12,188 bases of DNA from Candidatus Hadarchaeum sp. (GTDB lineage Archaea; Hadarchaeota; Hadarchaeia; Hadarchaeales; Hadarchaeaceae): positions 1 through 12,188 of the forward strand of contig NZ_JBMFOX010000029.1 of NCBI RefSeq assembly GCF_049969415.1. The letters run 5' to 3'. This document shows positions 1 to 7,377 of this stretch, in pieces. Each line of letters begins with the position of its first letter. The first letter of the stretch is position 1. The notes beneath the pieces were generated by a model that was not told the DNA's origin, did no database searches, and saw only the letters and a list, made by a program, of their open reading frames with translations. A program made the translations under genes and the position numbers.

Positions 1-140
1 TTACTTTTTAAATTTTTTATCTTTTTCGCATCTTCCGAGGCCCTTAACGGACTTTTGACGGTAGAATAGTAAAATCCAGCAAGAAAAGACACGAAAAGAG
101 CAATCGTAATTATTCCTAGAATAGCTATTTTTCTTTTCAT
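1..140 (-). CDS. Hypothetical secreted or membrane-anchored protein, 5' part only (runs off the left edge)
   Basis: Not in the ORF track; translated by hand from ATG at 140: MKRKIAILGIITIALFVSFLAGFYYSTVKSPLRASEDAKKIKNLKS..., with no stop before base 1. The basic N-terminus followed by a hydrophobic helix fits a signal peptide or anchor. The ATG overlaps the upstream TGA (ATGA at 140-137). Hand count gives about 32% GC. Confidence 0.7.
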   Translation of the reverse strand, partial: MKRKIAILGIITIALFVSFLAGFYYSTVKSPLRASEDAKKIKNLKS

Positions 141-305
141 AGAATAACCCCAACAGCATCGTAATTTTCTTTCTCCCCCCTCAGATACTGCGCCAGCTTT
201 ACCGGCTCCTCCCTTATCGCCGTCCTTATCTTGGAGTGCTCGCCATATTTCTTTATCCTCTGGTGTTCAATCCGTCTGTCGAAAAGCTCATTGATCGCCT
301 TTATC
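137..305 (-). pseudogene. 5'-truncated fragment resembling the C-terminus of a Cas1-family integrase (Cas1-solo/casposase-like)
   Basis: Frame of ORF 137..373 downstream of the FUN14 gene: IKAINELFDRRIEHQRIKKYGEHSKIRTAIREEPVKLAQYLRGEKENYDAVGVIL*. From memory this matches the Cas1 C-terminal pattern (..F..R.E..RI..G...I.T.I.EE...LA.YLR.E). It uses purine-rich codons (ATA, AGG, GAG) and has no credible start outside the FUN14 gene. The left breakpoint is approximate. Confidence 0.55.
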
Positions 306-588
306 CCTTCCAGAGCCCTATCGCCAGCCCGAGGAGGAAGGCCACCGATGAGTAGGGCAGCACGTTGAGCCACCCGCTCCCCGCCTCGTAGAGCTTGGGA
401 AGGATCTCCATGGCCTTGTCAAACAGATCATGGAAGCTCAGGCTCAGCGCCCCGGTGGCGACGAGGACGATGATGAGTGCGATCAGGAGCACCATGAGGT
501 TGAAGGCCTTTTTAACGATGGCCCCGACCAGCAGGCCGATGATGAAGGATGCGATGATGGGCACCAACCAGGCAATCTCCGCGGGCAT
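301..588 (-). CDS. FUN14-family small membrane protein
   Basis: Start moved to ATG 588 (MPAEIAWLV...), 95 aa. It has the pattern GLLVGAIVKKAFNL, then a TM helix, then C-terminal LPYSSVAFLLGLAIGLWKG, as in archaeal FUN14 proteins. A TATA-like TTTAAAAG lies at 632..625. Confidence 0.7.
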   Translation of the reverse strand: MPAEIAWLVPIIASFIIGLLVGAIVKKAFNLMVLLIALIIVLVATGALSLSFHDLFDKAMEILPKLYEAGSGWLNVLPYSSVAFLLGLAIGLWKG

Positions 589-624
589 CGTCGTTTTCCC
601 ACCGTTAACCCTTCCCACGCCATT

Positions 625-643
625 CTTTTAAACCTCTTTCCCG
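625..643 (-). promoter_or_regulatory. BRE/TATA promoter of the FUN14-family gene
   Basis: Minus strand reads CGGGAAAGAGG-TTTAAAAG (TATA at 632..625), about 37 nt upstream of ATG 588. Confidence 0.5.
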
Positions 644-718
644 ATGTCCTCCAGCGCGACTTTAATGGGCTCCGGGTTAAAGCTAAGAGTTCAAAAAGTT
701 AACTTCATTCGTGGCCGT

Positions 719-994
719 ATGAGAAAATTCATCCCGACCATTTCAGCGCTGGTTCTAGCCATCCTCGCCTTCTTCTGCCTGACCTGGGGTTTCTACTACG
801 AGTGGCCCGACTACGTGCACGTGGATTACGGAGTTCCCCTCACCTGGGCCACCCACACCTACAGCACGATAATTGGGCCGCCGGCAGCTCCCTGGAGGGT
901 CGACATCTCGGCCCTGCAGATGGACCTCATTTTCTGGCTCGGATTGATCGTGTTGGCGACCTTCGTGGGAAAAATTTTAGCCAGATCGGATTAG
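719..994 (+). CDS. Hypothetical 2-TM membrane protein
   Basis: Likely start is ATG 719 (MRKFIPTISALVLAILAFFCLTWG...), 91 aa. N- and C-terminal hydrophobic helices flank an aromatic loop (YGVPLTWATHT). The stop overlaps the convergent neighbour's stop by 4 nt. Confidence 0.7.
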   Translation: MRKFIPTISALVLAILAFFCLTWGFYYEWPDYVHVDYGVPLTWATHTYSTIIGPPAAPWRVDISALQMDLIFWLGLIVLATFVGKILARSD

Positions 995-1386
995 GGCACA
1001 GTTTTAGTTTCACGGTTTTTCAGCACGGTTATCGCTTTTTCAACCACCCGTTTGGCATTTTGCATGAGCTTCTGGATATCGGTCTCGCTAGCGTTGCTCA
1101 GATGGATGCCAACAGATACCACGACGACGCGGTTCAGTTCTCTGGCCAGTTCCTCCGAAGCTTCCTTGGCGATCTCGTCGTCCTTGTGCCCCACCAAGGT
1201 GAAGGTTGATGAGGTGGCGCTCAGCCTAGCGGGATTCTTGAGGCTGGGCCTTGGAATTGCCACCGCCACCGACCCCACGTGTGGCCGGTTTCCCCCAGAT
1301 ATCACCGCCACGAGGTCTTTCCCGGCAGGCAGGAGAGAAAGCAGCACCCGATGTTGCCCTCTGCCGGCGCTGAGGCTGATTTTCAT
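991..1386 (-). CDS. LpdD-like / proteasome-assembly-chaperone-fold protein
   Basis: 131 aa with the motifs DLVAVISGGNRPHVGSVAVA, GHKDDEIA and VVVVSVGIH, typical of the LpdD (prenylated-flavin chaperone) family. Confidence 0.7.
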   Translation of the reverse strand: MKISLSAGRGQHRVLLSLLPAGKDLVAVISGGNRPHVGSVAVAIPRPSLKNPARLSATSSTFTLVGHKDDEIAKEASEELARELNRVVVVSVGIHLSNASETDIQKLMQNAKRVVEKAITVLKNRETKTVP

Positions 1387-1463
1387 CTTTCCCCGGCATA
1401 ATGTTCGGCTGGCGAGATATTTAGTGATTTAGGGATGAGGCGGTTTTCGGGGGACTCAGGACA

Positions 1464-1471
1464 TTTTTAAG
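1464..1471 (+). promoter_or_regulatory. TATA box of the adenosine-binding protein gene
   Basis: TTTTTAAG, about 22 nt before TTG 1493 and about 40 nt before TTG 1511. Confidence 0.45.
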
Positions 1472-1510
1472 AGCAGGACGATAGAGATTAGTTTGACCGG
1501 GGGAGAGCAT

Positions 1511-1993
1511 TTGGAGCTAAAAATAGTGCAACTGGTTCCTCCTCAGGGCTGCAACCTGATCCTCGCTCAGTCGCACTTCATCAAGACGGTTGAGGATGTG
1601 CACGAGGCGCTGGTGACTTCCATCCCGGGCCTGAAATTTGGCCTGGCCTTCTGCGAGTCAAGCGGGCCCTGCTTGGTCAGGCACAGCGGCACAGATCCGG
1701 AACTCGAGGAATTTGCGGCAAAAAAGGCGCTTGAGCTTGGAGCCGGACACAGCCTCTTGATCTTGATTAAAGACGCCTACCCGATAAATGTCTTAAACAG
1801 GATTAAGGAGGTACAGGAGGTCTGCTGCATTTTTGCCGCCACCGCTAACCCGTTGCAGGTCATTCTGGTTGAAACCGAGCAGGGCCGCGGAATTCTGGGT
1901 GTCGTGGACGGATTGAAGAGCAGGGGAATTGAGGCCGAAAAAGACGTGGCCTGGCGAAAGGAGTTCCTCAGGAAGATTGGCTACAAGCTTTGA
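1511..1993 (+). CDS. PAE2307/DUF355-family 'adenosine-specific kinase' (adenosine/AMP-binding protein)
   Basis: Motifs [69 protein letters not shown] and RKIGYKL. TTG 1511 is preceded by a GGGGGAG SD-like sequence; TTG 1493 is the alternative start. Confidence 0.9.
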   Translation: MELKIVQLVPPQGCNLILAQSHFIKTVEDVHEALVTSIPGLKFGLAFCESSGPCLVRHSGTDPELEEFAAKKALELGAGHSLLILIKDAYPINVLNRIKEVQEVCCIFAATANPLQVILVETEQGRGILGVVDGLKSRGIEAEKDVAWRKEFLRKIGYKL

Positions 1994-2016
1994 ATTTTGC
2001 CCTTGGCGGACGTGGC

Positions 2017-2997
2017 CTAGACCAATTCCTGTTTTAGGGTATCAACACCCTCTCCAGTGTTTGCGGTGAGAAATAGGATGTCAGGATGTGTTTTCCGCAG
2101 TTCGATTATTTTTTCCTCGTTGAGTAAGTCGGTTTTGTTTGCCACCACTAAAAATCTGGTCTCGGGGAAAGACTTCCTCAGGTCCTCCAGAAGGCGTAGT
2201 TGGTCCTCAAGCTGATAGCCACAGGTCTCGGAGGGGTCGATGACGAAGACGATGGTCCGGGCGAGGTTTTTCAGGGCCGTGATCGCCTGCCGCTCGGCCT
2301 TGTTTCTCTTTTCCAGGGGCCGGTCCAGCAATCCCGGAGTGTCGACGACCTGGTAGCGCTGGTGCCCGTGTTCGAAATAGCCCAGTTGCAGCCCGGTGGT
2401 GGTGAAGGGATAGGGGGCGATTTTTGGGGTGGACCCCGTCAGCGCCTTCAGCAGGGTCGATTTGCCCACGTTGGGATAGCCTGCGATGACAATGGTCGGC
2501 ATGTCAACGTAGACATCGGGCAGGTCCGAGAGCTTCTTGGCGGCCTCTTTCAGAAAGATTAGGCTGCGGTCCAATTTCTTCAGCACCGAGGAAACCCTGC
2601 CGTAGGCCTGCCGGCGCACGGCCGCGGCTTCAGCCGGATATTTGATGAGCTTGAGCCTTCGGAGCTGTTCCCGCCTGATTTTGTCCACGACCCTGGCGCC
2701 GCCGCTGATCGCGCCCAGCGCCTTCCTCAGCTCGTCGATGCCTTCAATGGCTTCCACTAGGTCCCGGTAGAACGGAGGGAGGTTGGCCAGGGAGGGGAAG
2801 GCGGCGACTATCTCCTTGAGGTGCTCGGCCACCGTCGTCGTCGCTATCGTTATGCGCTGCCGTTCCCTTTCAATGGCTACCTCTCGCGGTGTCCCCTCGG
2901 CTTTGGTTGCCCCCTCGGCTGCCCTTTTGAAGGCGAGGTCGATTAGTTCCCTTGCCGTCAGCACGTTGGGCAGCTTTCCCAGAGTTATCTTCTCCAT
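2017..2997 (-). CDS. NOG1-family (Obg-related) ribosome-biogenesis GTPase
   Basis: N-terminal helical domain (ELIDLAFKRA; FPSLANLPPFYRDL), G1 GYPNVGKS, G2 YPFTT, G3 DTPGLLDRP, DPSETCGY and G4 NKTD. Start is ATG 2997 (or TTG 3006). Confidence 0.93.
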   Translation of the reverse strand: MEKITLGKLPNVLTARELIDLAFKRAAEGATKAEGTPREVAIERERQRITIATTTVAEHLKEIVAAFPSLANLPPFYRDLVEAIEGIDELRKALGAISGGARVVDKIRREQLRRLKLIKYPAEAAAVRRQAYGRVSSVLKKLDRSLIFLKEAAKKLSDLPDVYVDMPTIVIAGYPNVGKSTLLKALTGSTPKIAPYPFTTTGLQLGYFEHGHQRYQVVDTPGLLDRPLEKRNKAERQAITALKNLARTIVFVIDPSETCGYQLEDQLRLLEDLRKSFPETRFLVVANKTDLLNEEKIIELRKTHPDILFLTANTGEGVDTLKQELV

Positions 2998-3074
2998 GAT
3001 TATCAAGCCTAGATTTCATCGCGGTTAATAATAACTGCAATGCCGTCTTGATTTTGGCGATAGCAGCGTGCGGA

Positions 3075-3926
3075 TCAGATTAGCAGCCCCAGCCACGTCA
3101 GCAGGGAGAATATTATGAAGGTCAGCAGTGGGAGGTGGCTCGGCTTCCATCTTCCCCTCGCCGGCTCCCTGACTTCCTTCAGCACTACCGATATCTCGCC
3201 AATCATGCCCGAAAATCCCGCTTTTATGACCGAGGCGAAGAACAGCATCGCGGCGGTGATGAGAAGAATTGCCAGAAACGGCGAGAACAGAAACAAGGCG
3301 CTGGCGCTCGGTGATAGGTAGGCCTCGATCGGAGCTGCCAGAATTATCAGAATTGAGCCCAGAAGGATGAGCGCGAGATAGTCGATTAGACGCTGTTTTG
3401 CAGCAGCCATCTTCTTCCGGGTAATTTTTACTTTCCCTGTTTTCAGGAGCTTTCCCAGAGTTTTCCACAGGTCCCAACCGAGCCGCAGTGAGGCCGCCCC
3501 GATGACGAAGGCCCCGGTGAGCTCGAGCGTCCCGTGGAGAAAAATGACCGCCAGGAACGTCAGCAGGACGATCGGGCCGTAGAGGTGATAGTTGTATACT
3601 AGGGCCAAACCGATCTGTTGGCCGGTCATAAGGATGGAGGCGGTACTGGTGTAGAACGGAAAGGTTGCCGCGTAGATGCCGGCGACCCGGATGTTGTTCG
3701 ACCAGTAGAATTTTGTCCTCGACCATTCGTCCATCACGGTAACATTTTCCAACAGGTTGTCATATCTCTGGACCTCGGGAAGATTGAGGAACTGCTCGCG
3801 GTCGAATGCCAGCAGAAAGTAGGCGGTGCTTAGAAACATGATTATCAGAAAGGCTAGTGTCATGAAGCTGATGGCCGGCGCATTCCTGCTCAAGGCCCCG
3901 GTGAAAGCCCGTTGGGAGTTGCTCAT
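3075..3926 (-). CDS. Stage II sporulation protein M (SpoIIM/DUF95) family membrane protein
   Basis: Multi-TM protein of 283 aa with the family motifs NNIRVA, LHGTLEL, GAASLRLG and LAAPIEAYLSP. Confidence 0.8.
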   Translation of the reverse strand: MSNSQRAFTGALSRNAPAISFMTLAFLIIMFLSTAYFLLAFDREQFLNLPEVQRYDNLLENVTVMDEWSRTKFYWSNNIRVAGIYAATFPFYTSTASILMTGQQIGLALVYNYHLYGPIVLLTFLAVIFLHGTLELTGAFVIGAASLRLGWDLWKTLGKLLKTGKVKITRKKMAAAKQRLIDYLALILLGSILIILAAPIEAYLSPSASALFLFSPFLAILLITAAMLFFASVIKAGFSGMIGEISVVLKEVREPARGRWKPSHLPLLTFIIFSLLTWLGLLI

Positions 3927-4078
3927 GGTGATCAGAAGTTACTTGGTTTGATTGCCTAATAATCGCTCGGTATAAGCGGCGGGACCGCGGCCGTGGACAG
4001 CGTGGTGGAGTCTTGGTTTCACGCCTTGGAATTTTTCCCAAATTGGACCCGTTTTTCAGCGGATCAGGAGGAGAGCTT

Positions 4079-5023
4079 CTACTTCAGATACCTTTTCCAG
4101 GCGAAGCTTCTTTCAAATTCCAGCTCGCTGGGCAGATTCGCCCGCTTCAATATCTCGTTGGCCTCGTCCAAGCTCGTCGTTGAGGCCAGGTCCTTCGCCA
4201 CCTTGTTGATGTGTTCATAGACGATCTTGGTATCTAGGTAAAAGGTGAGCGCGGACATCGGGGTCACCATCACCTTACAGCGGCCCCCGCGAATCTCCAC
4301 TTCTCCGGTAAGTCCACGCGCGGCCTTCACGGCGAGCAGGCTAGACTCGGTCTTGGTCTCAGGTATCACCTTTTCCAGGATCTCGATGTCCTCGGGGGTG
4401 AGGCACCGGGCACCGAGCAGCCCACCGTAGCTGGCAATCTTCGCCAGCTGCCGGTTGAACTCGTCAAGCGTCAGCTCGCCGTCCATGCAGCAGCCCAGGA
4501 CGCCCAAGACGGTTGGCACCTCGAGGTTGGCCATCGCCGAGAGCATCATGCTGTCGGCGAGCATGCTGTGAAGCCCCCTTTCCGAGCCGCTGCCGAGGAC
4601 GTCACCACCGACATCTATGCCCACGAAGAGATCGACCCCGAGTTTTCTCATAGCCCCGTTAAGGCCCGCGACGACGCCCTTTACACCCTGGTTCAGGTCG
4701 ATCAGCACGGTTTTCTCCTGAAGGACCTCGGCAACGGCGGATTCGGTGAAGCGGACCCCCTTGGTTGTCCTCGTTCTCCCGTTGGCCAGACCCACCGTGG
4801 GCGAGAGCAGTTCTATGTCGACTATCTCCTCCATCTTCCTCGGGCCGGGCTCCGGGTCGTTAACGTATCGCTCCCAGGTCAGCCCGCCGAGTATGGTTGG
4901 GATTCCAAGCCAGCGGAGGTAGCGCGAGGTGGGTATGGCGCCGACGACATCGCCGCCTCCCCCGATCCCGACCACCATCGCGTATCGCGATTTTTCGACC
5001 AAAGATTCAAACGATTTCTTCAT
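4079..5023 (-). CDS. DUF1152-family protein
   Basis: True start is probably ATG 5023 (MKKSFESL..., 314 aa). Motifs GIGGGGDVVG, TWERYVNDPEPGPR, GIDVGGDVL, LHSMLADS, DGEL, TESS and IRGG. TATA-like TTTATA at 5058..5053. Confidence 0.85.
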   Translation of the reverse strand: MKKSFESLVEKSRYAMVVGIGGGGDVVGAIPTSRYLRWLGIPTILGGLTWERYVNDPEPGPRKMEEIVDIELLSPTVGLANGRTRTTKGVRFTESAVAEVLQEKTVLIDLNQGVKGVVAGLNGAMRKLGVDLFVGIDVGGDVLGSGSERGLHSMLADSMMLSAMANLEVPTVLGVLGCCMDGELTLDEFNRQLAKIASYGGLLGARCLTPEDIEILEKVIPETKTESSLLAVKAARGLTGEVEIRGGRCKVMVTPMSALTFYLDTKIVYEHINKVAKDLASTTSLDEANEILKRANLPSELEFERSFAWKRYLK

Positions 5024-5090
5024 GCCTCTTCCCTTTTGTTTTGATTTTCTAGTATAAATCAGGTTCCAGTTGGTTGCGGCTGATGGCGCT

Positions 5091-5102
5091 AACAATTTAT
5101 TT
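5091..5102 (+). promoter_or_regulatory. Putative BRE/TATA promoter of cca
   Basis: AACAATTTATTT ends 27 nt before ATG 5130; the same 12-mer lies upstream of queC. Confidence 0.5.
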
Positions 5103-5129
5103 CGCCCCAGTGAATCAGTCTCGGGGAAA

Positions 5130-6515
5130 ATGTCCGAGATTCTGGCAACGGTCCTTAAGCGGGTCAAGCCAACCGCGGCCGACATAAGGCTCGTGGACGA
5201 GGTGGCTTCGGAGGTGATTCGCCGGACCAGCGAGGCCATCTCCAAGCTGGGATTCACGGCCAAGCCCATGCTCGTCGGCTCGGTGGCCCGGGGTACTTGG
5301 CTCCGCCAGGACCCGGATATCGATGTCTTCATTCTCTTTGAGGAGACGCTCACCCGCGAGGAGCTGGAGCGGAGAGGTCTGGCGGTGGCGCGGGAAGTGG
5401 CCGGTCCGGCGGGTGAGGAAAAGTTTGCCGAACACCCCTATGTGACGATGAAGTTTCGTGGCCTCGATATAGATCTGGTCCCTTGCTTTGACGTAACCGA
5501 CCCCAAGATGATCAAGAGCGCGGTTGACCGGTCGCCGCATCACCAGCGCTATGTCAAGTCAAGGCTCACACCTCAGCTGGCCGACGAGGTGCTGCTGCTC
5601 AAGCAGTTCGCCTCTGGCAGCGGGGTCTACGGGGCCGAGCTGAAGAAGCAGGGATTTTCCGGTTATCTCTGCGAGCTCCTGATTCTCCACTATGGCTCCT
5701 TCAGCCGGCTGGTCGAGGAAGCGAGCAAGTGGGTGCCGGGCGAGGTTGTGGACATCTTATCCTATTATCCGGAAAAGTCGGAGGCGAGGCTGATCTTCGA
5801 GAACCAGCCCCTTGTGGTGGTGGACCCGGTCGATCCCCACCGCAACGCCGCCGCCGCGGTTTCGTTGCAGAACTTTTCCATATTTGTCCGTGCCTGCCAG
5901 GATTTTTTGGATAAGCCCGGCCTGAGGTTCTTCTTTCCGAGGCCGGTGAGGCTGCTGACGCCCGCGGGACTGGGCAGAATCCTGAGGAGGCGCGGGACAA
6001 AGCTTTTCTGCATCGTTTTCCGTTCGCCACTGGTGGTTCCGGACGTTCTCTATCCTCAGCTCCGCAAGACGGAGCGGGCCATCGTGACCCGGCTGGTGCA
6101 GGAGGGGTTTGAGGTGTTGCGCAGCGATGTCTGGTCCAACGCCAAATCCGTCATTCTCGTCGAGCTGAGCGTATCCAAGTTGCCCGGAGTAAAAACGCGC
6201 GTGGGACCTCCGCCGAACATATCGGCCAAGGATTTCGTGCAGGAGCATCTCGGCTCGGGGAAGTGCTTGGCCGGGCCGATGGTCGACGCGGCGGGAAGGG
6301 TCGTGTTTGAGGTCAAAAGGGAGTGGACGGATGCTTTAGCGCTAATTAAAGACACGATGGCCCAGCGCATTTCCTTTGGAAAACACGTCTCGGAATCCAT
6401 CGCCCAGGGCTATCGAATTATTGAGGGAGAAAGTCTGAAGAGGCTCCTTAGGGAGAGGGGCTTTAACGAATTCCTCGCTGAATACCTGACCCGAAAACTG
6501 CCCTGGTATCGATGA
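5130..6515 (+). CDS. cca: CCA-adding enzyme (archaeal class I tRNA nucleotidyltransferase)
   Basis: Motifs VGSVARGTWLRQDPDIDVF, AEHPYV, DLVPC, SAVDRSPHH, GVYGAE..QGFSGYLCELL..YGSF, DPVDPHRN and GPP. Start moved to ATG 5130. Confidence 0.97.
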   Translation: MSEILATVLKRVKPTAADIRLVDEVASEVIRRTSEAISKLGFTAKPMLVGSVARGTWLRQDPDIDVFILFEETLTREELERRGLAVAREVAGPAGEEKFAEHPYVTMKFRGLDIDLVPCFDVTDPKMIKSAVDRSPHHQRYVKSRLTPQLADEVLLLKQFASGSGVYGAELKKQGFSGYLCELLILHYGSFSRLVEEASKWVPGEVVDILSYYPEKSEARLIFENQPLVVVDPVDPHRNAAAAVSLQNFSIFVRACQDFLDKPGLRFFFPRPVRLLTPAGLGRILRRRGTKLFCIVFRSPLVVPDVLYPQLRKTERAIVTRLVQEGFEVLRSDVWSNAKSVILVELSVSKLPGVKTRVGPPPNISAKDFVQEHLGSGKCLAGPMVDAAGRVVFEVKREWTDALALIKDTMAQRISFGKHVSESIAQGYRIIEGESLKRLLRERGFNEFLAEYLTRKLPWYR

Positions 6516-6633
6516 GAGGAGACCGGGAAACTCGGGAAACCAGATTTAGCACACGCAAGGCTTCTTCAATTTTGGCGCATCGCTGTTTGACGAGCACGCT
6601 GTGGTTGTTGTTACCGTCCGATGGTTCGTGGTG

Positions 6634-6684
6634 AAAAAATTTGGCCCAAGGGTAGGTGTGTTGGGCTCCGTTTGACCTTTTTTT
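6634..6684. terminator. Probable bidirectional terminator between convergent cca and thpR
   Basis: A6 (6634-6639), a GCCCAA/TTGGGC stem (6644-6649/6661-6666) and T7 (6678-6684), giving a T-run downstream of the hairpin on each strand. Confidence 0.5.
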
Positions 6685-6702
6685 AGTAGCAGGCCGCCTT
6701 TA

Positions 6703-7263
6703 TCAATCCTCTAGTTCCACCCGCGTCAGAGTGCTGTAAATCGGGCCCTTGGGGGTAAGCACACTTTTCTTCAGCTCCACGGCGGAAACAGGACTGGTGC
6801 CAAAGCCAACGGCGGATTTTTCCCTGATGAAGCTGGCCAGCTTTTCCTTGTTCCTTGCAGATTTCACCCGGGCAATGGTTAGGTGCGGAACGAAGTCGCC
6901 CTCTGGGCGGAACCCGATTTTCTGCAATTCTTGCTCTACCTTTTTCTGCAGGAGCAGTATCTCTTCCTTTCCCTTTTCTATTCCGGCCCAGATAACCCGG
7001 ACGTAGTTTAAATTCGGAAAGGCCCCGATACCCCTGACCTCGAGGTTAAACTTTTTAGACCCCTTAGCGGCCCTTTTGAGCCCTTCGCTGACTTCTTCGA
7101 CTTTTTTGTCCGGAATCTCCCCGAGGAACTTTAGGGTTACGTGGATGTTCTGAGGTTCCACTAACTTGAAATCGCCTCCGGTGTCCTTCAGCTGGCTCTG
7201 GATGTCGACCAGCTTCTTCCTCAGCTGCTCGTCGATGTCAATGGCGATGAAGGCGCGCGGCAT
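6703..7263 (-). CDS. thpR: RNA 2',3'-cyclic phosphodiesterase (2H phosphoesterase, LigT-like)
   Basis: Start ATG 7263 (MPRAFIAIDI). Two HxT motifs (NIHVTLKFLGE, FVPHLTIARVK), plus GAFPN..RVIWAG and KSVLTPKGPIY. Confidence 0.96.
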   Translation of the reverse strand: MPRAFIAIDIDEQLRKKLVDIQSQLKDTGGDFKLVEPQNIHVTLKFLGEIPDKKVEEVSEGLKRAAKGSKKFNLEVRGIGAFPNLNYVRVIWAGIEKGKEEILLLQKKVEQELQKIGFRPEGDFVPHLTIARVKSARNKEKLASFIREKSAVGFGTSPVSAVELKKSVLTPKGPIYSTLTRVELED

Positions 7264-7353
7264 TTGTCCAACCTGCCCCTGTTTTAGTAATGGGTAGAAG
7301 AAACAGGTTAAAATAACTGTTTGCCGCGCCGAGCGACTCAAAATACCGGTTTC

Positions 7354-7366
7354 AAAAAAAGAAAAA
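7354..7366 (-). terminator. Oligo-T terminator of hsp20
   Basis: Minus strand reads TTTTTCTTTTTTT, starting about 12 nt after the hsp20 stop. Confidence 0.6.
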
Positions 7367-7377
7367 GGGAGAAAGGA

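Noticed and set aside
306-373. N-terminal part of ORF 137..373 as a real gene start
   Set aside because: It is an alternate-frame overlap with the FUN14 gene (GTG start, non-protein-like MAQRAALLIGGLPPRAGDRAL). Only the part beyond the FUN14 stop looks coding.
3996-4066. Complete tRNA gene
   Set aside because: Only a D-arm-like hairpin is present; there is no TTCGAA T-loop and no acceptor-stem pairing.
5063-5073. ORB-like GTTCCAGT motif suggesting a replication origin
   Set aside because: It is a single partial match with no G-string, no repeats and no orc1/cdc6 gene in the window.
5024-5353. 110-aa N-terminal extension of DUF1152 in the ORF track
   Set aside because: It is the antisense shadow of the cca 5' region. 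Family similarity begins just after ATG 5023, which has its own TATA box.
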